Shown in pieces: positions 38,478 through 45,719 of a stretch of DNA of 64,000 bases; position 1 is the first letter of the stretch, and each line of letters begins with the position of its first letter. The notes under the pieces are model-generated. The model did not search any database. It saw only the letters and a list, made by a program, of their open reading frames with translations, and was not told the DNA's origin. Origin of the DNA: an uncultured Christensenella sp. (GTDB lineage Bacteria; Bacillota; Clostridia; Christensenellales; UBA1242); contig CATKZB010000002.1 in NCBI GenBank assembly GCA_949841595.1, positions 64,295 through 128,294 on the forward strand, given 5' to 3'. The position numbers were made by a program, and so were the translations under genes.

Positions 38478-40031
38478 TTATTTTTTCGCCAGTTTTTTCT
38501 TACGTTTAAGTCTCATTGCATTTGATTTTCCTGCAAATTTTTCTTTAAACTTAATAATATAGACAGAAAAATTAACAACATTAAACACCACACATAAAAG
38601 AACAAAAATGGCTAATCCAACAATCGAGGAGATGGCAATATTGAAAAACATAGGCATAATATAAGACAAAAGTGAACTTAAAAAAGATGTTATTGCAACT
38701 GTTGGAATGGAAAATAAAAACAGACATAACATATCTTTTTTAATCTGTATCTTTATGTTCAATTTTCTTTTAAGCATCAAAATGTTTAGCACAGACGAAA
38801 TAATTGATGACAACCCCATGCCGATGATAAGTGAATTGATTCCCACATATTTAGGCAAAATCAAGATACTCAAAAACATGAAAGCCCCACCAATAACATA
38901 ATTGATGAAAGACTTAACTTCCAATCCCACAGAATTTAAGATTGCAGAAGTAATGTTTGTCAAGCCCATTGGCACCATAATCCACGCAGAATATTGCAAA
39001 AGTTTTCCACTCAACGCGTCATTATACAAAAACAAACCAATTTTATCACCCAAAGCTACAAAAATAGGCACAATCAAAAACGAAACAAACAGTGCAAAAA
39101 CCATGGACGATTGCACTCTTTTTTGAATGTGATCATTGTCATTTTGCACCATAGCCATGGAAATATCTGGCACAAGAGCTGTTGACAAAGAACCTATTAA
39201 AGTGGACGGCAAAAAGAGAAGAGGAAAAGTCATTCCAAGAGCCACACCATACATGCTCATTGCTTGATTTGTTGTGTAACCAGCCGCTATAAGTCGTGCA
39301 GGAAGAATCAATGCCACAAGAGGTTGAGTGAAACTACTAACAACCCTGACCCCAGTTATTGGCGCTGACTGACGAATAAGCTTTTTATAAATTTTAGTAG
39401 GCTTGTTAAGTTGTCCACCATAAAAGAAATATAAAAGCACCACAAAAAATGCTGAAATAAAACATGAAAGAGTGAAAGACCAAGCAACAGTCATAGCATT
39501 CTGAAGAGCTGTCATACCTGAAGCCAAAATTAGCACACAAATCACAATTTTAACAACTTGTTCCAAAAGTTCTGACACACAGAGTCCAAAATAATTGTCA
39601 TTGCCCCACATTGCCCCACGGAAAACACTATAAATTGCTGAAAATACCAAAGAAGGCAAAAGTATAATCAAAATATTCATGCAATTTGCATCTGTAAAAA
39701 GGTTTGTAAAGAGATTTCTAAACAACAAAATCACAAGGCACAAAAAGATGCTGACAGCCAGTCCAATAAAAGCACTTGTGGTAACCAAGCTTCCAATAGC
39801 CTTTTTGTCAGAACTCACCCTGTAACTTGCCGTCATCCTTGAAATAATCAGTGTAAAGCCACTTGAAACTACGGTCAACAACACCAAAAAAACAGAAAGG
39901 GCAACTTGATACATTCCAAGAGCTTCTGCCCCGATAGTTCTGGAAAGAAAAATTCTAAACAAGAATCCAAACATCCTTGTCAAAACCGAAAAAGTGGTGA
40001 TTATAACAACATTTTTGAAAATAGATTTCAT
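38478..40031 (-). CDS. MOP-superfamily flippase (SpoVB / MurJ / YabM group)
   Basis: About 14 TMs. N-terminus TRMFGFLFRIFLSRTIGAEALGMYQVA is typical of SpoVB-like proteins. Confidence 0.8.
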   Translation of the reverse strand: MKSIFKNVVIITTFSVLTRMFGFLFRIFLSRTIGAEALGMYQVALSVFLVLLTVVSSGFTLIISRMTASYRVSSDKKAIGSLVTTSAFIGLAVSIFLCLVILLFRNLFTNLFTDANCMNILIILLPSLVFSAIYSVFRGAMWGNDNYFGLCVSELLEQVVKIVICVLILASGMTALQNAMTVAWSFTLSCFISAFFVVLLYFFYGGQLNKPTKIYKKLIRQSAPITGVRVVSSFTQPLVALILPARLIAAGYTTNQAMSMYGVALGMTFPLLFLPSTLIGSLSTALVPDISMAMVQNDNDHIQKRVQSSMVFALFVSFLIVPIFVALGDKIGLFLYNDALSGKLLQYSAWIMVPMGLTNITSAILNSVGLEVKSFINYVIGGAFMFLSILILPKYVGINSLIIGMGLSSIISSVLNILMLKRKLNIKIQIKKDMLCLFLFSIPTVAITSFLSSLLSYIMPMFFNIAISSIVGLAIFVLLCVVFNVVNFSVYIIKFKEKFAGKSNAMRLKRKKKLAKK

Positions 40032-40098
40032 ACAATTAAATTTATAAGCATTTTATAAAATATATTCCAATTTATCAAAAGTTGAGAAGGAGTTTTAT

Positions 40099-40263
40099 AT
40101 GAGTATAACAAAAATACCTTTTCCATATTACCAAGTTAAAAAAGGCGAAAACTTGAAAACTATATCGCAAAAATATGGAATAGACAGCACAAAAATCTTG
40201 CTTGACAACAATCTTTCTCCAAAACAGATAAAAGAAGGGGTTTTTATTGTTCTAAAACGCTGA
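40099..40263 (+). CDS. 54-aa single LysM domain protein (below the ORF-track size cutoff)
   Basis: GAAGGAG SD (40086-40092), ATG 40099, TGA 40261-40263. MSITKIPFPYYQVKKGENLKTISQKYGIDSTKILLDNNLSPKQIKEGVFIVLKR matches the LysM pattern Y.VkkGdtL..Ia.kYg......l...N.l.....i..G....i. Confidence 0.65.
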   Translation: MSITKIPFPYYQVKKGENLKTISQKYGIDSTKILLDNNLSPKQIKEGVFIVLKR

Positions 40264-40267
40264 AAAC

Positions 40268-41077
40268 TCACTTTCCCTTTTTGTTTTTTCTTTCTTTTTT
40301 CTTTTTTGCAATTTTTTCTCTCCCAGCTTCAATATTGTCAAAAAAGTGTTCTCTTCTTGATTTAAGTTTTGTTTGCAAAAAGTTTTCTATTCTGTCTCTA
40401 AATTTGAAAGATAAATAGAGAAGCGCCCCGACCACAACAATCAAAATTGCCCAAACAATCAGTCCCCAACCGTGATAAGGGATCAAATCTCCACTTCCCA
40501 AATAACATGTTGTGAAAATTGCAAGAGGTCTTGAAATCAAATTGGTGACAACAAAAAATGTCCAAGACATATTTGTTAACCCTGCAACCAAACACAATAT
40601 ATCATCGGGAAAAATCGGCAGAAGCATCATAATGAAGAAAGAATATTTTGCATTAGACAAAAATTTTGTCCATTTTTCGCAAGTATCTTCTCCCACCATA
40701 AAAACAACAAGTTTTCGTCCAAACTGTCTTCCAAGCCAAAATGCCAACACACTTCCAAGCATTATGCCTGCAAGACTCAACAACGAAGTCTGCAGTGGTC
40801 CATAAATCAAAACACCTGCCAGTGTTGAAATTGTGGAGGGAATCGGCAAAAATGTCACTTGCAAAAATTGCAGCAAAACAAAGGCAAACCTTCCCCAAAA
40901 TCCTAACGACAAAATCAATTCTCTCAACTTGTCAACAGAATTTATATATTCCCAAGCACCCGTCCACACCAAAACATAATATGTCAAAACAATCAATCCA
41001 GCAAGGCAAAACAACACAATCGCAGAGCGAATTATCTTTCTTTTCAGTGACATTGTTTTGTTTTTTTTGTTATCCAT
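40268..41077 (-). CDS. TVP38/TMEM64 (DedA-related) family membrane protein
   Basis: FLQVTFLPIPSTISTLAGVLIYGP core, multi-TM, basic C-terminal tail. Confidence 0.75.
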   Translation of the reverse strand: MDNKKNKTMSLKRKIIRSAIVLFCLAGLIVLTYYVLVWTGAWEYINSVDKLRELILSLGFWGRFAFVLLQFLQVTFLPIPSTISTLAGVLIYGPLQTSLLSLAGIMLGSVLAFWLGRQFGRKLVVFMVGEDTCEKWTKFLSNAKYSFFIMMLLPIFPDDILCLVAGLTNMSWTFFVVTNLISRPLAIFTTCYLGSGDLIPYHGWGLIVWAILIVVVGALLYLSFKFRDRIENFLQTKLKSRREHFFDNIEAGREKIAKKKKERKNKKGK

Positions 41078-41279
41078 ATATATATTATAGTTTGATATTC
41101 AAATTTCTTGCAGACAAGTTGAATTTCATACCAAAATTTGATATGTATTTGGTTCATAAAAGAATATCTTAAATAAAGTCATTCTTTTTTTCATTAAAAC
41201 AGAAAAATAAATTAAATAGCAAAATGAATTAATTAATTTTCTTGAATATCATAAAGTTTAATTAAATAAGATTTACCTA

Positions 41280-41308
41280 TTGCAAAAAGATATCAGATAT
41301 GATAAAAT
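41280..41308 (+). promoter_or_regulatory. strong extended -10 promoter of the orphan gene
   Basis: TTGCAA (41280-41285) - 17 nt - TGaTAAAAT (41300-41308). Confidence 0.55.
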
Positions 41309-41331
41309 ACAGAAAGAAAAAAGGAGTATAT

Positions 41332-42234
41332 ATGGGTATCATAAATTTTTTTAAAAGGAAAAAACAACCAAAATTTAAAATTGCAAACCAAAATATTGAA
41401 TTGCCAAAAACAGAAGTTGAAGATGCTAAGATTATTGATATTCTAAATCAAGAAATTTTGGATTTTTTTCCAAAAAATGGTTCTTGGTCAAGTCGTTGTT
41501 TTAACCAACCATCTAAAATAACTCCTGAATATTTGCCGTGTCATTTAAGAGATAACGGTTGGATGAGCAATCTGTTACATCAAAATTTGATAGAAAAAGG
41601 AATCTATATTTCTGTTCCTAAAATTAAAGCATTTATTGATTCATCAAAAAAATTTACAGACCTTCGTCATAATTATGAACTTGAAATCGTTAGATGGCAA
41701 ATTGAATTTATGAAAAATGGTGGAGAAAACTGGGTCATGCCAAAAGGTTTTGATGAGATCTCTTTATTGTGTAGTCCTAATGTTGATAAGATGTTTAGAG
41801 GTGGTGTTTTTGAAACTTTGTCAGCAATAGGAATGAACAAAGAAGTTATTGAAGAAGGCATTGAAAAAAACGCAGATATATGGAGAGAACAATATATGAA
41901 TTTGGCATTTAGGCATGCCTTTGAACCTTTCGGTTTTATGAGAGATCAAATTGAACCAGCAGACGAGTCTCACAAAAATCTATGGTTAACGTTGCGAAGA
42001 TATAATTATTATATAGATCATAAAGATTCTGTCGATAAATATGGGGTTGTAACTTTTGATATGCAATGTATGCAGTCGGATCATGAATACCAATCACAAT
42101 TAATTAAGACCGTAGACAAACTTAATAAAGAAAGAAAACAAGTTGTAGACCATTGGGAAAAGAATCCTATTTATGAACCTCTTTCCAATAATGAACATCA
42201 AAGTGAAAATAATACTGCACAGCATGAAAAATAA
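41332..42234 (+). CDS. orphan cytoplasmic protein, ~300 aa, no recognisable motif
   Basis: AAGGAG - 7 nt - ATG 41332 (MGIINFFKRKK...). The ORF track gives an earlier ATG at 41299 that would lie inside the promoter. Confidence 0.6.
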   Translation: MGIINFFKRKKQPKFKIANQNIELPKTEVEDAKIIDILNQEILDFFPKNGSWSSRCFNQPSKITPEYLPCHLRDNGWMSNLLHQNLIEKGIYISVPKIKAFIDSSKKFTDLRHNYELEIVRWQIEFMKNGGENWVMPKGFDEISLLCSPNVDKMFRGGVFETLSAIGMNKEVIEEGIEKNADIWREQYMNLAFRHAFEPFGFMRDQIEPADESHKNLWLTLRRYNYYIDHKDSVDKYGVVTFDMQCMQSDHEYQSQLIKTVDKLNKERKQVVDHWEKNPIYEPLSNNEHQSENNTAQHEK

Positions 42235-42462
42235 GTAATAAACTAAAAGTTTAATTTCAAAAAAAGGAGAACTTGAAATAATTTATTTTTCGTCTATTCT
42301 TTTTTGTTGAACAAATAAAAAACACATTCCCAATTAAAGTAGCTTATCTCTAAGCTTTGTTTACAAGTTCATAGTAGCATGTTTTAATAAGAAAAACTTA
42401 AAATGACACAAAAAGTATCAAATAATTTTTAAACTGTACATTGCTATTGTTTTTATATAAAA

Positions 42463-42493
42463 AAAGATATAAAAGTAATTAATATCTTTTTTT
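42463..42493. terminator. weak AT-rich bidirectional stem-loop
   Basis: AAAGATAT (42463-42470) - 11 nt - ATATCTTT (42482-42489), flanked by an A-run and a T-run. Confidence 0.4.
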
Positions 42494-42535
42494 ACTAGCA
42501 TTTTAAGAGCTTAGAATCCCTTCTTAACAATAGAG

Positions 42536-42656
42536 TCGCGCAAAATCGCCAACAAAGTGCGATTTTCGTTTGGCGCGAGTAGGCGAAAACAAGCGTCAGC
42601 GCGATGCTTTTCGTGAGAAAAACGAAAATGAGCTAACAGTGCAGTTTTCACCTACT
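42536..42656. other. GC-rich (~47%) multi-hairpin element of unknown nature (ncRNA, 3' UTR structure or repeat element)
   Basis: Hairpin 1: TCGCGC-AAAATCGC / GCGATTTT-(CGTTTG)-GCGCGA (42536-42578). Hairpin 2 outer stem: AGTAGGCGAAAAC (42578-42590) / GTTTTCACCTACT (42644-42656), 12 of 13 pairs, enclosing smaller stems. Confidence 0.5.
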
Positions 42657-42657
42657 A

Positions 42658-44235
42658 TTACGGATTATATTCACTTGGATTTGTTTTTGCAAGTTTGTTT
42701 CTCACGCTCTCTTCACTCTCTTTTGAAATTTTTTGTGGTTTTATGATCTTCACTTCACTTGCAGGAATTGTCATTCCATAAACTGGATCTTCCACACCTT
42801 CCATAACCACACCATCTTGTGCTTGATAGAAATCATGCCTTATTTCTTTTTCTTCAACAAGTTCTCCATTTTTGTAATATTGCAAATAGCCTTTGCTCTC
42901 ATAGCCTTCTCTTGGATATTTAATTCTCAAATATTCACCTTTATACAAAATTTTGTTGGAATATTCACCCTTGCTATCTGCAACAACTTTATCTCCATTA
43001 TGTGGCAAAACTTTAACAAGTTCGGCACGGCGTTTGATTGTTATTCCGTCATCAAACTTTTGCCCATAAATCTCAACTTTGATCTCACTTTCATCTGCAT
43101 AAGTTTTGATGTAGATAGGATTATCAGTATTATTTTGAAACACAAGATCCGAATAACTGCCCGAAACCATTGCATCAAAAGAAAGTGGCACATAAGAAGC
43201 TGGAAGAGAGTGATGATTTACACTCAATATGTCTATATCAGCCAAAAGCAAAGCGTTATAGAGAGTTGTAGAGGCTTGACAAACTCCACCTCCAACACCA
43301 TCAACATAAACTCCTCCAACAATTATATGAGCATTGTTATAGCCAGCTTCTTCCGTCCTTGGACCAGTTGTTTCATTAAAAGAAACTGTTTCTCCTGGTT
43401 CAACAATCATCCCGTTGAAACTCTCCAATGCTCTTTTAATGTTGTTTTTTCTACTTGCAGAACTTTTTATATAAGATGTTGAAAATTCACTTCTTTTCAC
43501 AACACTGTTTTTCAATGCTTCAACATCTATTTGGTTTTCAATTTCAATGATTGGAATTTCAATCTTGACTTTTTTGTTAACTTTCAAAGCGTTATCAATT
43601 TCTTGATATAACAAATCTCTGTTAACCAAAATTGCATTTTGACCTTCGTCTACTTTAAAAACTTCACTCTCATCTGGTTGAAAAACAAGGGAAGCTGGTT
43701 TTGCTTCTTGTTCAACCTCTTCAATAATTTCATCTATTTTTTCATCCACATTTGCAAGCACATTTGTGTAAGAAACCAAAAAATCTTTGCCTTCTTCCTT
43801 AATCTTTTTAGCTTTACTCAAATTCTGAAAAAAGTTGCCATCTTTCCCATATCTGGAAACTTGTGCAATCACAGGTTGAATTTTGTTTGAAACTTCAAAA
43901 TCATTTCCATTCAAAACCCAACTTTTGTCCTTTGAAACAAGTTCGATTTCAATCTCTTTCTTGCTGTTCAGCATGTCAGTCAAAACAACATTTTCAGCTT
44001 CAGCAATAGACATACCTCCAACATCAATGCCGTTGATTTTTGTGTTTTCATAAAATCTTTCTTTTCCAGTTATGGTGTTTTCGAAGAAAAATTGGCAACT
44101 CAACAGAAGTGTCACTGACATTGCCGACACGCCAAGAAACCATAAAATTCCCTTACCTTTTTTCTTTTTATCTTGTTTTTCAGCACTCTTATTTTGAGTT
44201 TTTGTTTCTTTGTTTTTGTTCTTTTCTTTTTTCAT
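42658..44235 (-). CDS. VanW-family protein (basic N-terminus, TM, VanW core, G5-like C-terminus)
   Basis: GGGVCQASTTLYNALLLA core. It ends with three in-frame stops, TAA TAG TAG. Confidence 0.8.
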   Translation of the reverse strand: MKKEKNKNKETKTQNKSAEKQDKKKKGKGILWFLGVSAMSVTLLLSCQFFFENTITGKERFYENTKINGIDVGGMSIAEAENVVLTDMLNSKKEIEIELVSKDKSWVLNGNDFEVSNKIQPVIAQVSRYGKDGNFFQNLSKAKKIKEEGKDFLVSYTNVLANVDEKIDEIIEEVEQEAKPASLVFQPDESEVFKVDEGQNAILVNRDLLYQEIDNALKVNKKVKIEIPIIEIENQIDVEALKNSVVKRSEFSTSYIKSSASRKNNIKRALESFNGMIVEPGETVSFNETTGPRTEEAGYNNAHIIVGGVYVDGVGGGVCQASTTLYNALLLADIDILSVNHHSLPASYVPLSFDAMVSGSYSDLVFQNNTDNPIYIKTYADESEIKVEIYGQKFDDGITIKRRAELVKVLPHNGDKVVADSKGEYSNKILYKGEYLRIKYPREGYESKGYLQYYKNGELVEEKEIRHDFYQAQDGVVMEGVEDPVYGMTIPASEVKIIKPQKISKESEESVRNKLAKTNPSEYNP

Positions 44236-44321
44236 ATTTCTATTATGTCAAATAAAAACAAAAATATTTAAATTAAAAAAACATCATAAAAATAAAAAAA
44301 TTACTAATTTTAATTAAAAAA

Positions 44322-45554
44322 TCAGTAATTTTGAAGATTTTTTTCAATTTCTTCCAACAAAACTTGTTTATCATTCAAAATTTTGCCATCAAAAACTTTG
44401 CTGAGCAGATTGTTTAAAATCCTTTCATAATTTCTTTTGTCAATCTTGCTAAAATTTTTCTTTATGTCACTTTCATCTATTTTCAAATCAGAAAGTTTGA
44501 TTGAAAGCCCATGCTCAATAATATATCTATAAAAGAAATCATATCTGTTTTGAACTCTTTTTGACTTAGACCCTAAAAGAGGATAAATATATGCCCAATT
44601 TTCAAAATACTTAAAAAAGTATTCTTTGTTTTTCATACCTTCCAAGGCATTGTAATATCCTGACAAATAAACAAACAATTTGTTTGTCATTGTCTGATTT
44701 AATCCAAATTGTTCTTTAAGCAACTTTTCTAAAAAAACTTGCAAACATTCTGGTTTTTCCGTGTCTACAATATCAATCAAAAGTCCCAAAAATCTGTCTT
44801 CAACTTTAAACACCATTTTGTATTTAAGTCTTTTAACTTTCAATCCAAAATATTGCCAAACATTCATAATGTTCAAAAGATTTAAAGCTCTTTTCAAACT
44901 GCCTTTGTTTAAGTTGTATCTTTTGTCACAATAAAGAATTTTTTCAATTTCCAAAAGTTTTCTGTTGCCTTGAATACTTTGCAAATTTGAAGAAAATTTC
45001 TTTGCTGATTTTAATGTTTGTTTGTCAATTTTAAAATCAAGTTCACCTGCAATTCTGACCATTCTCAAAATTCTTTCGCCGTCAAACTTCAAGACATCGT
45101 CAGCTGAATTGTTGCAACGAATTATCTTTTGCGTCAGATCCACAATTCCATGATGCAGATCGACAATTTCATCTTTATTGATGTTGTAATAAATTGAATT
45201 TATTGTGAAATCTCTTCTGTTGGAATCGTCCTCTATATTTTTTGTCCATTCAACATGAACTGGACTATGACTTCCACTTTCATCATAAACATCCTTTCTG
45301 AAAGCTGTGTATTCATAACTCTCCTTGTCTTTGGAAATCAAAATTGAACCACACTTCAAGTTTTTTACTTTAACAGAAAATTCTGTACCTTCAAGACGTT
45401 TTGCAACTTCATCGATATTGACACTGCTTGCCAAATCCACATCACTGTCATCGATTTTCAAAAGCTTATTTCGGACATATCCACCAACAATATACAAATT
45501 TTCCGGGAAAAATTTTGACAACTTTTTCAAATTGTTTGATATTTCAATAAACAT
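44322..45554 (-). CDS. cca: CCA-adding enzyme / poly(A) polymerase family nucleotidyltransferase
   Basis: IVGGYVRNKLL...DVDL and RRDFTINS motifs. ATG 45554 gives the usual ~24 aa before the GG motif. Confidence 0.8.
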   Translation of the reverse strand: MFIEISNNLKKLSKFFPENLYIVGGYVRNKLLKIDDSDVDLASSVNIDEVAKRLEGTEFSVKVKNLKCGSILISKDKESYEYTAFRKDVYDESGSHSPVHVEWTKNIEDDSNRRDFTINSIYYNINKDEIVDLHHGIVDLTQKIIRCNNSADDVLKFDGERILRMVRIAGELDFKIDKQTLKSAKKFSSNLQSIQGNRKLLEIEKILYCDKRYNLNKGSLKRALNLLNIMNVWQYFGLKVKRLKYKMVFKVEDRFLGLLIDIVDTEKPECLQVFLEKLLKEQFGLNQTMTNKLFVYLSGYYNALEGMKNKEYFFKYFENWAYIYPLLGSKSKRVQNRYDFFYRYIIEHGLSIKLSDLKIDESDIKKNFSKIDKRNYERILNNLLSKVFDGKILNDKQVLLEEIEKNLQNY

Positions 45555-45719
45555 ATACCCTCCAATTTGGTATAATCTATAAATATAATTTAAATTAAAT
45601 AAACCAAAAAAGTCAAATATATTTGACATTTTACACCAAATTTAATAATATATAATTGTTGAAAAAAGCAACAATATAAATATAGTTGTTAACATAAAAA
45701 TATTTAAGAAGAAGAGACA

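Noticed and set aside
42511-42651. 46-codon GTG-initiated minus-strand ORF (VKTALLAHFRFSHEKHRADACFRLLAPNENRTLLAILRDSIVKKGF) running through the GC-rich island, in frame with vanW after its three stops
   Set aside because: It has no SD and a GTG directly after TAA TAG TAG. Its codon usage is unlike the rest of the genome. The openness is explained by GC-rich palindromic sequence. It is better treated as a structured nucleic-acid element.
42733-43482. 249-aa plus-strand ORF opposite the VanW-family gene. Similar antisense ORFs occur opposite mfd (32000-34574), recD2 (50202-51734), cysS (52630..53220) and queH (61773..62237).
   Set aside because: Each is antisense to a gene with clear family motifs. 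The products are low-complexity hydrophobic sequences without start signals.
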